Shown here: one piece after another, positions 24,914-37,587 of the stretch | Position numbering within the stretch: the stretch's first letter is position 1 | Layout of the letters: each line of letters opens with the position of its first letter | From: Octopus vulgaris | Lineage: Eukaryota | NCBI GenBank assembly: GCA_951406725.2 | Contig: OX597816.1 | Span: 132,122,001 to 132,186,000 of the forward strand | Reading direction: 5' to 3' | DNA length: 64,000 nt | Program-made: the position numbers and the translations under genes | Notes under the pieces: generated by a model | What the model was told of the DNA's origin: nothing | What the model saw: the letters and a program-made list of their open reading frames with translations, nothing else | The model's database searches: none

Positions 24914-25143
24914 AAGTAAAGTTCCTTCCTGAGTCACCGGGCCAGTTTCCCAGTTTCTATAGTGTATATATTCCTCACCTGGATGGGATGCCAGTCTGCT
25001 GCAGGATTACTCATTTTTGCCAGCTGAGTGAGCTGGAGCAATGTGAAATGAAGTGTCATGCTCAAGAACACAACACATCACCTGGTCCAGGAATTGAAAC
25101 CACAATCTTGCGATCACAAATCTAATACCCTAACCACTAAGCG
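24914..25143 (-). mobile_element. tRNA-derived CORE-like SINE family D, tail type 3
   Basis: Minus strand TTAGTGGTTAGGG A box, GTTTCAATTCC B box, TGTGTTCTTGAGCA...TTGCTCCAGCTCACTCAGCTG core, GACTGGCATCCCATCCAGG tail. Confidence 0.85.
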
Positions 25144-25738
25144 ATACACATCTATATGCTGAAGTAGATAGACTTACGTGAAATTCTCTGCCTAAGAGCT
25201 ATATCATAATAACCTCATATCTCTTCAAGACACGAATCTTTCATTAACCCTCAAAGATGATGTACAACCTACAAGCAACTAATCATACATATGATATTAC
25301 TTGGGCTATCTTAAACTATGTGCAACTACATCACCCAGGTTCTTGTTACCAGTTATGCTTACCTGTAAAAAAAGCTTACCTTACAGTCAGGTTTGCAGGA
25401 GCTTCAATCTCAGGTCAGAGCTCTTAAATTCCTGTAAACATGCACCAAAGTACCTTTTAACCACATTATAACTATCTAAATATACAAATTACTTTTTGCT
25501 CTCAACTGGATGGAAACACTGTGAGACACTACAAACATTTTTGCAAACTTTCTTGAACTCCATTTGGAAGAGTTCTTGATAACTTTCGTTACTTCCCTCA
25601 TTTATTTACATAACACCTCCATGCTTTGCTTCATACCATTTTTTTTTATACCAGAAAAAAGTTCTTTTAGTACCATTTGAGTGGATTTGGTGGACAGAAC
25701 TGAGAGAAGCCCAAATTATATTTGTATGTTTGTGTGTG

Positions 25739-25771
<33 letters not shown>

Positions 25772-25773
<2 letters not shown>

Positions 25774-25996
25774 TCTTTTTTTTTTACTCTTTTACTTGTT
25801 TCAGTCATTTGACTGCGGCCATGCTGGATCACCGCCTTTAATCGAGCAACTCGACCCCGGGACTTATTCTTTGTAAGCCCAGTACTTATTCTATCAGTCT
25901 CTTTTGCCGAACTGCTAAGTGACAGGGACATAAACACACCAGCATCGGTTGTCAAGCAATGCTAGGGGGACAAACACAGACACACAAACATACACG

Positions 25997-26070
<74 letters not shown>

Positions 26071-26247
26071 CATACACATATATACGACGGGCTTCTTTCA
26101 GTTTCCGTCTACCAAATCCACTCACAAGGCTTTGGTCGGCCCGAGGCTATAGTTGAAGACACTTGCCCAAGGTGCTACGCAGTGGGACTGAACCCGGAAC
26201 CAAGTGGTTGGTAAGCAAGCTACTTACCACACAGCCACTCCTGTGCC
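25772..26247 (-). mobile_element. SINE family A1, young full-length copy nested in the microsatellite of an older A2 copy
   Basis: Retains many CpGs (CTCGACCCCGG, GGTCGGCCCG); flanked by (TA)n on both sides; older head at 25672-25770 and older tail at 26320-26520. Confidence 0.95.
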
Positions 26248-26302
<55 letters not shown>

Positions 26303-27245
26303 GTATATATATGCGTGCGTGCGTGTGTTTATCTTAAAATCACATGCTCTAATTGTAAACAAATATCATCATCATCATACCTTTCATTCGTAATCTTTTG
26401 GGAAAACGTTTGTCATGGAAATATTACTTTGCTTGAAAATAATGGTTGGCAGCAGGAAGTACATCCCGCTCCCTCCGAAAATATGCTTCCATTAATCTTT
26501 ACAAACCCATGCAAGTGGACATGCATGTGCATATACATATGTGTGTGTGTGTGTGTGTGTATACTTATGTCTATCTTCCTTCCTCCTCCCCCTTTATTTA
26601 GCTATATGTATACATGTATGTATAGTTTAGTATTTTTCACAGTTTTTTTTTTGTTTTTGTACATTTTCAAAGCATGTGTATGCTGGATCGCTGGGTTTCT
26701 TTCTCATGACCATACCACTGTGAAGCAGAACCACTTGCCTCATATTACATAACTTACTAATGTCAAACGAGAGACAAAAATACTTGCCCTGAAGGTAAAC
26801 TAAGTAGACCGACTTTTTTACCTTTTCCATCTGAGAGAATTTCCACTTGTTTCAGAAATGCATCAAACCATTAAAAACTTTCAAAACAAAGCCAGTGGTA
26901 GGTGTGTGTGTGTGCTTATATTTGCATTATAATCCTTTTATAGAGGTTGCTATAGAATTTGTCTTTATTGGAACATAAAGATGATTCACCAAACTTAATT
27001 ATTGTGTTGATGCTGAGTCAGATAGCAACAGGTAACAACGCCTATTTTCCATTATATTACCTGACTCTGCATTTACATATACGACTGTTGGCACACACTC
27101 ACTCACACATACTTGTATGAAAGTTAAAATATACTAACATCTCTTATAGAGATTTTAGAATGAGCTACTTTGCTTGTTGCAAAATCAGTGGCTGAATGTC
27201 ACTTGTTTTTCTGTATGTTGTAAGCTAAGACAAATGACTGCCATG

Positions 27246-27320
27246 TCTAGCAGACAGGTGCCCGGTACTGATGGAGGGAAATACCCTGAAACTTGGTATA
27301 CTGGTCTTGTCACTACTAGA
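27246..27320 (+). ncRNA. Extended type I hammerhead ribozyme motif with one core substitution
   Basis: GACAGG-TGC-CCGGTA / CTGATGG / AGGG-AAATA-CCCT / GAAA-C-TTG-G-TA / TACTGG-T-CTTGTC; stems I, II and III all pair; outer TCTAG/CTAGA pairing. Confidence 0.8.
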
Positions 27321-27537
27321 TAGTAGGGGGTTGCTCCCCTGTTCACAATATATTGGACACAGGTTGTGTCGTTAACCAGCTGGGAGAGATGTCCTCCAGC
27401 CATGTTGAAGTGGCAGCAAACATTATTTTCATATATTCTTTTCATATATTCGTTTCAGCTCTAAGGCTGTGGCCATTCTGAGGCACCATGTGCAGATATA
27501 CATATATATCTATAAAATATATGTGTGTGTGTATGTA

Positions 27538-27820
27538 TATCATCATCATCCTTATCATCATTTGGTGTCTACTTTTCATGCTGGCATGGGTTTGATGATT
27601 TGAGTGGAACTGATAAACCAGAGAGCTGCACCAGGTTCCAGTTTGATTTGGCATGGTTTCTATGGCTGGATGCCCTTCCTAACACCAACCACTCCAAGAG
27701 TGTAATGAGTGCATTTTATGTTCCACTGGCATGGGTGCTTTTATGTGCCACCAGCATGGGTGTCAGATACATGACATTGGCATCAGCTACAACTATGATT
27801 TCATTTGGTTTGATGCCAAG
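27538..27820 (-). mobile_element. SINE family B
   Basis: TTTTCATGCTGGCATGGG...GGCTGGATGCCCTTCCTAACACCAACCACTCC. Confidence 0.9.
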
Positions 27821-27870
27821 GGTCACTTATCATCCCCCTCCATATACACTCACACATATATACATATATA

Positions 27871-27970
27871 TATTGGCTCATCCCATAAAGAATGTGGTTT
27901 TTTATACTTCTTTTATTTTTAAAAATTAAGATAAACGAAGTTCTTTTTTAATCTAAAATATACTCTCCAA
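27871..27970. mobile_element. Possible mariner-type terminal fragment inserted at TA
   Basis: TA-TTGGCTCATCCCATAAAGAATG start after a (TA)n tract resembles mariner inverted repeats; no partner end found. Confidence 0.35.
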
Positions 27971-28139
27971 AGGAAAAATTATATCACATTCTCTTGAAAG
28001 TTTATAAATTTCTTATAACATCAACACACACACACACTCACCTGCTTATTGTTCCCTCACCTGTCTTTGTCTTTTGTTTTCTGTAAATTTGAACTACACA
28101 CACACACACACATATACATACATTCATACATACATACAC

Positions 28140-28170
<31 letters not shown>

Positions 28171-29271
28171 CACATATTTAAAATATTGCATTCATCATTT
28201 ATAACACTGTCCATTTACACAAAACATGGAGCAGTGCTTACTGTGGAATTTAATCTCAGAGAACAAACTTCACTTGTAGAAACGTTGCACATGAAAAACA
28301 TAGCATGCTCAAAATGATGTATGTAGACTGTCAAACTTTGATATTTTGGTGTAATTTTGCTTCTTTCCTGATAGATACCAGCTTGGTTATTTGGAGTTAG
28401 CCAGGTACTTCTTTACCTCTGTAATAAAACTCAGCAAACGTAGCATTTGTTGATGTGTGTGGAAGTTTACAGTGCTGAAGTTAAATCAGTATATGTGCTG
28501 GATGTGTAGCAAAGACCATGGTAATGACGTGTGCATCTTTTAAAACATGGTCATGTACAGATAAACATGGAATACTGCTTGCTGTGAAATTTATTCTCAG
28601 TGATGACTTTGGAGCTCAGCACAGCTTTGTAGCTCATTGGTTTTCTGTCAAACCATTCAACTCATGCCAGCATGGAAAGCTGACATTAAATGACAACAAT
28701 GATGGTGATGATGATAGCGAAGATGATGGCAACTCCTTAGAAAGATTTTGGAGCATGTTGTGTTTTTAACACACAAAGAGTATTGGTCAGCCCAAGGTAT
28801 TTTATCTCTTAACCCAGTGAAAAGGTTAGTGTCTTTGGGACTCTTTACTGGGCTTTGAAGACCAGTGTTAGAGAGAGAGAGAGAGAGCGAGAGAGAGGAT
28901 GTTATCCTCAAACTGAAGACTTTTCCTAAATTTTTGCTACAGAATGAATATTACCAACAGCACACAAAGACCAAATAACATTTTGACCATCCTTTATATT
29001 CTGAGTTCAAATACCACTGTGGTTGACTTGACCTTTCATCCTTCTGGGGTTAAGCAAGCAACAGATGGAGTCTATCACCTATATGGGCTATGGTGGTTTT
29101 TGAACTGAAAGCACATGATACTGTAATAAATACAGCAAGGAATTTTGTCTAACGACTATGTGAATTCACTGTCTTTGAAGACATAAATGTAACAACTCAT
29201 GAATTTGTGACTGTTAATGTATATCTGATGATTGTGAGGTTTTATTTACTGGACTATTGACCATATCTTTT

Positions 29272-29648
29272 TATTATCATTTACGTGTCTCAGTCATGGA
29301 CTTAGAGGGGGTGTCACCTTGAAGGGTTTTGTCAAACAAATTGACCCCAGTACTTATTTTTCTTGAGTTTGGCACTTATTCTATTGGCTTCTTTTGTTGA
29401 ACCTCTATGCTACTGGAACATAAACGAATCAACACTGTTGTCAAGTGGTAGTGGTTGTGGGACAGACACAAACAAAGTAGACATCTGCACATGCATGCAC
29501 ACACACACACACACAAGATTTCTTTCATTTCCCATCAACTAAATGGGATTATAGTAAAGGAAACTTACCCACAGTGCCATGCAGTGAGACTGAACCCAAA
29601 ACCATGTGGTTGGGAAGCAAACTTCTTCCCATACAATTATACCTGTAA
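29272..29648 (-). mobile_element. SINE family A1, diverged
   Basis: CACCTTGAAGGG, GACCCCAGTACTTATT, (CA)n, ACCATGTGGTTGGGAAGCAAAC. Confidence 0.85.
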
Positions 29649-30223
29649 CTATGAAAGTTCAAATTTTACTGCACTTGTGTTATGTCCCTGAGCAAAGCAT
29701 CTAATTCTGTTTGCTTCAGGTTGCCTGACTGCACAAAAAGCAAAAACAAAAAATAACAGATTCCAGTTCCATTTCATGGTTGAGTGGTTAGCAGCAGGAA
29801 GAGCATTCATCTGTAAAAACAGTTGCTGTTCCAACTAACAAACCATCCCACCCATGTAAGTATGGGAAAGTATATGGAGATAATAAAAAGCAAAATATAA
29901 AAATCACATTGCTAAGTGTTATTCTTTATTGATTCTGTTCATTGTTTATATTCTTCTCTTATGTCATAAGGCAATCTGTAGGTTTATATATGGCAAGTAT
30001 CAAGTAAAGAAAGCAGAAAAAAAAATGTATCTTCCAAAAGTTTTAGCTAGTTGATTTTATTATATTTACTTCCCTTTGATTGTTGCTTTTTTTTAGATTT
30101 TTAATACCTCTAGAGGAAGTTTTTGCCTACTGATTGCATGAATAATTTTTCAACTCACCTTATTACAAGTATACCACATATGTATTTATTATGCAGGACA
30201 CATGGCTATATATCATTATTGTA

Positions 30224-30412
30224 GCCTGCCAGGCGAAATGCTTAGCGGTATTCCGTCTGTCTTTACGTTCTGGGGTTCAAATTCCGCCGAGGTCGACTTT
30301 GCCTTTCATCCTTTCGGGGTTGATAAATTAAGTACCAGTTGCATACTGGGGGTGATCTAATCGACTGGTCCTTTCTCCAAAAATTTCGAGCCTTGTGCCT
30401 AGAGTAGAAAAG
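30224..30412 (+). mobile_element. SINE family C, young 5'-truncated copy
   Basis: CpG-rich GGTTCAAATTCCGCCGAGGTCGACTTTGCCTTTCATCCTTTCGGGG; 9-bp direct repeat ATTATTGTA at 30215-30223 and 30413-30421. Confidence 0.93.
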
Positions 30413-30774
30413 ATTATTGTATAAACTTAATATATGAGCACAAATAAAAACCTGAAAATACCAGTAGAGAGAGTTTAACCCTTGTACTGTGGAAATCAGA
30501 TAACATCCACTCAAAATTTTATTACCCTTAACTGCAGAAAGTAGTATGTGTGTGCCTGTCTCTCTTTATAATATCTTTTCACGATACTGTTTAAAGGTGG
30601 TGTTTTTGTCCTTGTAATTTAGTGATTCACTGACATTGAAAAATGATTGAATAAGATCCAGACTTAAAAATGGGAATCCTTGCTATTCCACTGTTTTTAG
30701 GATTTCTAGTGACATTTACTATGCAGATGTACAATTATCAAACATTGATAGACAGCATTGTCATTGCTGCTGTT

Positions 30775-30960
30775 GTTGTTGTTTAGTCCCAGGTCAGCTC
30801 TGATAGAGCACTCTTATGATTAACAGTATTGCAGATGTGACTGTCTCATCATTTTCTCAGACATGGGACTTGTCATGCAATGTGTCCTTCATTTCTGAAG
30901 ATGCGGGAGCAGGTGTATTTTAAGGAAGATTTGGTTACTCTTTCTAGCAGGTTGTGTGAC
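30775..30960 (-). mobile_element. Repeat family G with (CAA)n tail
   Basis: GTTGTTTAGTCCCAGGTCAGCTCTGAT...TCTAGCAGG; related pieces near 985, 1650, 6440, 15200, 18905, 22895, 35190, 45690, 49590, 52640 and 54245. Confidence 0.7.
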
Positions 30961-31182
30961 CTTGCACTGGATAGTACTGGTATTGCTTAAATTTAAGTCA
31001 GCATTGGTCAAGGAAACTGGATGTCCAAAAAGTATGTCAGCCATATCTTTTCCATACTTGTTTTTCTTGTTTTAAGACAATACTGTAAGTTGAGAGTGAT
31101 TCTGCTGCCTTTTCTAGCAGGTTGAAGCAACCATGTAAAAGCTCCATCATTGGTTTGTGATAGATAGTGTTAATGTTATATA

Positions 31183-31512
31183 TCTTTTATCATTTACTTA
31201 TGACTGCATCTATACTGGAGCACTGTCTCAAAGGGTTTTTAGTAGAATGAATTGACCTCAGTACATATTTTTAAAGCTTGCTACTTGTTCTATTGGTCTC
31301 ATTTCCTGAACCACTAAGTTATACAGATGTAAACACACACAACATACATATGACAGATTTTGTTCAGTTTCCATCTACCAAATCCACTCTCTAGGCGTTG
31401 GTTGGTCTGAGACTATAGTAGAAGACACCTACCCAGGGTGCTACACAGTGGGACTGAACTCCGAACCATATGGTTGGGAAGCAGACTTTTTCTCACACAC
31501 CCATGCCTGCAT
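31183..31512 (-). mobile_element. SINE family A1, diverged
   Basis: TTTCCATCTACCAAATCCACTC...GTAGAAGACACC...CAGTGGGACTGAAC. Confidence 0.85.
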
Positions 31513-31833
31513 CTGTGTATGTGAACAATTTCTGTGACAAAAGTGGGTGGGTTTGTGGGTGGGTGAGATATGAATTAGTTGATATTCTAACTTGCTTTAT
31601 GATACTTAGTTTCAAATCCTGCTGAAACCAGCTTTGTTTTTCCTTCAACCAAGATCAATAAATAAGTACCAGTAACATTTAGGCTTCAAGTTGATTATTA
31701 TGCACTTATCTCCTAGAAAGAGGCCTTAAGCAAAAGATAAACATTATTACTATTATCTGAGCATTTTCTGAGAGAGATAGAGAGAGAAACAGAAACAGAA
31801 ATAGACAGAGAGCGCACTGTGTATACACACTGC

Positions 31834-31864
<31 letters not shown>

Positions 31865-32821
31865 CAATGCCAAGTGAGCATAAAAGAAGTCAAAAATTCG
31901 CTAATCAGGTGGAAATGAAATATCTATCTATTATGCATGAGTGATTGTACATGCGTAAATATGTGTATGTATGTATTGGTATGTGTATATATATCAATAT
32001 GTGTATGAATCTATATTTGTGTGTATGTATGTGTGTTTGTGTGTTGAGGTGCAGATATTTATAAACAAGTAATGACTGAAATGCATTCAACACCTTCACA
32101 TTTATATCTGACACTCACATGCACTTGAATGCACACAGTTCTTTACATTTAGGTTAGCCAAAGCTTTGTGCATAGTTTTGATAGATGGAAGCCACAAGAA
32201 GCCCAACATGTGTATGTGTTTGTTTGTTGTGACAACACTTGGTTGTCATAAATGAGCATCCCCAGCTTACCAATCTTCTGTGAAAATATGTCTGGCCATG
32301 GGAAAAATATTATCTTGCTTGGTGACAAGAATGGCATCTTGCTGAAGAAAATCTACCCAAATGAATTCTATCCAACCAATACAAATATGGAAAAGTACAC
32401 ATTAAAGCAATAATCGTGGTGGTGGTGGTGGTGGCAGTGGAAGTGGTGGCATTAGTGGTATGGGTTTTGGCAATCATGGTGGGAGTGGAGGTATGTTTGA
32501 GATTGCAGCAGTAAGACATTTCAGCACTGCTTATATTCATATTGTTTAGAATTTTGACCTATGTTTTTCACCCTTGAGTTTTATTCTGTTTAAAATTTTT
32601 ACAAAATCTCACTCAGGCTTGGAAATTAGATATTATAGTGTTTTCAGACTTACTTTCAAAAAAAAAAAAAAAAGGGGAAGGTTAACATAAATCAGCTGTT
32701 ATGAGACTAAATATATAATCCTGTATTAATAATATACCCACTCTGTTACCTAATATACATGTGCCCACTTCTTTCTGATGCATGGAAACTATTTTGGATA
32801 GCTATGTATATTTGTGTGTGT

Positions 32822-32857
<36 letters not shown>

Positions 32858-33350
32858 TTTTTGTCTGCTTTCCATGCTGACATGGGTTGGATGGGTTGTG
32901 TGTTTTTGTCTTTGGCTTAGCTGAATGCCTTTTCTAACATCAAAGCACTTTACAGGAGTCTGTTGGGTACTTTATTATTTTTGATGGCACCAGCACTAGA
33001 GAGGTGTCATGTCCTCAAAAAGACTAAAAGGTTCCTTGCAACATTATACTTCATTGAACATGTTGGGTACATATTTAGTGACCTGAACACTAGAAATGTT
33101 AGCCATATCCTGAACACGACTAAAGGGCTCCCACATCCCCTTATTTAATGCTCACTTGCCAGCTTCTTCCCAGAGCAAGAAACATGAGTATAATAGAGGC
33201 ATGTATGATAGTGATGGGAGGGATGTGTGATGGAACAGAATGATAGAAGTACTCACTATTCTGAAACAGGTAGCTGATAGAAATGTGTGTGACCCTGGAG
33301 ATAGAACAATGTGTAGGAAAAAAGGAGTAAAAGTATGCTGGCAGAGTGAC

Positions 33351-33482
33351 CAGTGGTGTCTTAAGGCTGGCCTTGCGACCCAATTCTTATGTATACAGGG
33401 GCTTGCTGTCAATGAGTAAATTACTATAGGGCCCAGTGCATTGATTTGTTTGGGGATCTATGATGCTACTAAGACAGTTCTG
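33351..33482. mobile_element. hAT-type MITE, 132 bp
   Basis: Termini CAGTGGTGTCTTA and TAAGACAGTTCTG; perfect 8-bp TSD AGAGTGAC at 33343-33350 and 33483-33490. Confidence 0.85.
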
Positions 33483-34249
33483 AGAGTGACCCAGGGTAAG
33501 GACTGGTAGCACAAGAAGTGATGTTGATGGTAGAGTGAACTAGGTCATAAGTAACCCCAAGCCCCACCTACGGTTTCCATCTGTCAGTTTTACTCAGAAA
33601 GCACTGGTCAACTTAAGGTGATAGTAAAAGATGTCTAAGAAATCACACATGGGGATGGAACTTGAAACCACTTTGTTGCGAAGGAAGCAAACATTTTTAA
33701 CCATCCAGCTATGGCTGCTCATCTTTGATTTACCTCTCTCTTTTTTTCTTTCCAGCTCCACTTAGCTGTATCTGTTTCTCTTTACATTATTCATTTACTT
33801 TCTCTCATTTCCTCCTCTTTCTCAATTTGTTTTATTCCCACCCCATTCTTTTTCCCTCTCTCTCTCTCTCTCTTCTTATTTCTCTACCGCCACTTCTTTT
33901 TTATCTCTCTCCCCATATTTGTTTTGTCACTGCACTCACTTTTACTCTCTATCTCTCTCTCTTCCTCTCATTTTTATCCCTCTCTTTATCTGTCATTCTC
34001 CTTTGTGGTTTTCCTTTGTCCTCTAATGTTTATAAACATTAAGTCACTCATGAAAATAAAGAAGAAAAATGTGTCACACACTCACATGTTTGATTGCTCA
34101 CACACTTATTTGAATGTCCTCATAAACACTGTCACTTACATACTAACACATGCTAACAGACATCAACATTGTTACAGAAATGTATAAAACACATATGCAT
34201 AACAAATACCAACCCATACAAGCTCATGAGCATTAACACCTATGCATAT

Positions 34250-34250
<1 letters not shown>

Positions 34251-34322
<72 letters not shown>
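34251..34322. repeat. (CA)n microsatellite
   Basis: Seen directly. Confidence 0.98.
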
Positions 34323-34325
<3 letters not shown>

Positions 34326-34406
34326 AGTAATTCTTAGAAACCTATGAAACCACTTCAAATAGTCCAGTGGCAGCTGTTATTCAAACAAAGAATTGATCTC
34401 TTAACA

Positions 34407-34718
34407 CTGTGGTTCTCAACTATTTTTTTACCTATGGACCCCTTTGATTGCTATTTGATTCTGGCCGACTCCCACAGCCACTCAATGTTTTGAAAACTAG
34501 CTTTATAGAGACTCCTTTTAAAATTTCCATTTTGTTTTTCATGTGTTCACTTGCATATATTAACAAGAAGAAAGAGACCTGGCTGTTTCTTGCAATAAAC
34601 ACATCTAAAGCAAAACGTTTTCGTGGGCCTTAAAATAATACAGTGGATCCCCAGTTTACTATTTTGCTTGTGTAAATTCCACCAAAAATCTTGTGTGGAC
34701 CCTAGTTGAGAACAACTG
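34407..34718. mobile_element. hAT-Charlie-type MITE
   Basis: Inverted termini CTGTGGTTCTCAAC and GTTGAGAACAACTG; 8-bp flanks TCTTAACA and CTTTAACA; subterminal GGACCC motifs. Confidence 0.85.
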
Positions 34719-34730
34719 CTTTAACAGATT

Positions 34731-35172
34731 GTTTTACTTGTTTCAGTAATTTCACAGTGGCCATGCTGGAGTACCACTTTAAAGGATTTTTAGTTGAAGA
34801 AATCAAACTCAGGACTTATTCTTTGTAGGCCTAGTACTTATTCTGTTAGTCTCTTTTGCCAAACCACTAAGTCCTACTGCATGGCACCTTGGACAAGTAT
34901 CTTCTACAATAGCCTTGGGCTGACCAAAGTCTTGTGAGTGAATTTGGTAGACAGAAACTGAAAGAAGCCTGCTGTATATATATATATATATATGTGTGTC
35001 TTTGTGTCTATGTTTGTATCCCCGTAACTTGATGGTTTGACAAAAGAGACCAATAGAATAAGTACTAGGCTTAAAAAATAAGTCCTAGGGCCAATTTAAT
35101 TCAACTAAAATTTCAAGGCGGTACGCTAGCATGGTCAGGGCCTAATGACTGAAACAAGCAAAAGATAAAAGA
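34731..35172. mobile_element. Two abutting A1 SINE pieces in opposite orientation (tail on minus 34731-34871; 5'-truncated copy on plus 34871-35172)
   Basis: TTTTACTTGTTTCAG at the left end is the reverse complement of CTGAAACAAGCAAAAG at the right end. Confidence 0.85.
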
Positions 35173-35389
35173 TACTGACCTTACTACAGCAGGAAGGTTG
35201 GAATATTTCATCATAGATCTCCTTGATCAGGATGACCTAGGGTTAAAGAACATTCCTAGCTCTTTCCAAAGACAACTGCTCCAAATTATAGCAATATACA
35301 ATAGGTGACCTTTCTGACCCATCAATGTAGCAACTAATTGTGCTCTCTTGGGACACGTTAGAGATGATTATGCTTGACTTTTTTTTTTT

Positions 35390-35550
35390 TTAATGGCTTG
35401 GTCACATGATGAAGGACGGCATCCATGACCTTTTGCAGGGTTTCCAAGAGTGGAGGAAAGAAAAGAGGCAGAAACCTTTGACTAGAAACCTGGTCTAAAT
35501 GCATGCAGTAGACTGTACACTGCTAAAGCCACCCAAGGGCAAGCAGATAG
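35390..35550 (+). mobile_element. Possible RTE LINE 3' relic
   Basis: WLGHMMKD...LLQG...GGKKRGR-like translation with frameshifts. Confidence 0.4.
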
Positions 35551-35848
35551 TGGTGTTAACTCAGGCAACAGATTAATTCCAATATCTTTTATCACTATTT
35601 TCAATATATATTTATCCTTTAAAAAAACGATGGGATAGATTCATGAGTGAAATATTATGTATTCATATCCTGCTGAATTTTGTCGTTGTTCTCATGGAAC
35701 TATATTATTATGTAGATATTGTAATTTTTCTTTTTATTACACTTATCCCACCATAACGAACATTACTGATGCAACTTTAAATATTCATATTTGCTTAGGA
35801 AAAATTATTGATTTGTGATGTAAAACCAAAAGTTTATTAGTCTAAGAT

Positions 35849-35990
35849 CAGGCATGGACAACATTTTTCAAGAAGTGGGCCAAATGAGACATGGCTCATC
35901 ATCAGGCAAGCCACACTGCTAAAAAATTTCAAGGTAATTTATTTTTCAATAGGCATGCAAGTCCTATGAGCCACAATTTCCCCATAACTG
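35849..35990. mobile_element. hAT-Charlie-type MITE
   Basis: Termini CAGGCATGGACAA and TTTCCCCATAACTG; flanks GTCTAAGAT and GTCTAGAT. Confidence 0.75.
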
Positions 35991-36240
35991 GTCTAGATCA
36001 TTCTGTCATTCCGAGATAAAATCCCTGGAGTTTTGCTGCTCCTTGCAGTAATATCATGGCTATTAGAATTTACATTCTCGTCTGTCCATAAAGCTCAAAC
36101 AGCAAGCACTGAGCGCCAAAGATTCTTGTTTGAAGATTCTCCTGGATGGCACTAATTATTATTTTATCACAAACTTGTTGGAATCAGAACCCTGAGCAAA
36201 CAGGTTTTTGACAACCCGAGCAAGCAGTCTAAGGTGCAAT

Positions 36241-36468
36241 TTAACCCTTTAGCATTCAAATTACTCTGTCAAATGTAATGCTTATTTATTCACATTATTT
36301 TCAGTTAATCAAGCATTATCTTGTAGCTTTGAAATTTCAGTGATGTGATTGTTTAGTTTTTGAATGACGTTGTTAGACAGGTGTGAGAGGTTGCATCTGA
36401 CCAGTTTGAATATAAAACAGGTAGAATATTTTGGCAGGATGTGGCTGGTTTGAATTCTGAAGGGTTAA
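36241..36468 (+). mobile_element. piggyBac-type MITE family E, complete
   Basis: TTAA at both ends; inverted repeats CCCTTTAGCATTCAAA and TTTGAATTCTGAAGGG (14/16 match). Confidence 0.92.
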
Positions 36469-37274
36469 TGTTGTATTCCAGTCTCTTGATGAGCTCAAGA
36501 CACTGATAATGAAATAAGGATATGGAACATGTCCCATCACTGTATCTGACAGAACTGAAAGTTGCAGTGAATAGAAGACAAAAAGAAAAAAACTTTGTTA
36601 AAAATAGAAATTATTGATTTATTACATAGGTAAAAGGCTAATGTAAAAATATAAATTAACTCACCAAAAGAGTTCAAGTGGACCCATTCATTGAAACCAT
36701 TTACTAGTGTCACTTCAATATTATACATAATTATTTTTACGGAAGACAAACCAGTTTGTCAGTTTTAATGAGTTGTGTTATATTTTCTGGTCTGTTGCCT
36801 TTATATTTTATGTCAATGTATGCAGTATTTGAGAGAACATTTTTTTTCCTGGTATACTAACATCTCTAATGTGTCCACCTATGTGCTACATATTCCTGTT
36901 ACCTTTTCAATGCTCTCTTTACGCACACGAACACACAGGCACACACACACATAGATATGTGTACATATGTGCATACGTAATGTACATTTATCTGTTTGTT
37001 CATTTTATGTCCTTTTTCCATGCTAGCATGGGTTGGATGAATACTTAATATTGAGGCATTGTTTTACCATTGAATGCCCTTCCTGTTGTTAACCCTTACC
37101 TGTTTTTCAAGTAAGGACTTCTTTGAAAGCTCAGACCAATAGAACAATTTGTTTATAAGGAATGCCAATATGACAATACCACTTTTGCTAAAATGCTTTC
37201 ATACAAAAACATAGAATGCAAGCATTCTCATATAGACACATATATACACATACAGATATATATTTATACTCATA

Positions 37275-37587
37275 TGATAAATGTCACCCTTTTCAAGCGT
37301 AGCCAGGCTCATGGGCCCGGTTTCCCAGTTTTTGTGGCATATGTGTTCCCCCCAGCTGGATGGGACGCCAGTCCATTGCAGCTTTACTCAAAAAGCAGGA
37401 AGAGAGAGTGAGAGAAAGTTGTGGCAAAAGAGTACAACAGGGGTTGCCACCACTCCTTGCTGGAGCTTCGTGGAGCTTTTAGGTATTTTCGCTCAATAAA
37501 CACACACAACGCCCGGTCTGGGAATCGAAACCGCGATCCTCCGATCGCGAGTCTGCTGCCCTAACTACTGGGCCATTGCGCCTCCAC
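37275..37587 (-). mobile_element. Young tRNA-derived SINE (D-related head, tail type 3, different middle)
   Basis: Minus-strand head GGCCCAGTAGTTAGGG...GGTTTCGATTCCC, CpG-rich; 12-bp TSD TTTATACTCATA at 37263-37274 and 37588-37599. Confidence 0.93.

Noticed and set aside
37520-37587. tRNA-like sequence with A and B boxes (also 50376-50445, 58520-58577)
   Set aside because: These are SINE heads continuous with SINE bodies, two of them bounded by TSDs; no complete acceptor stem.
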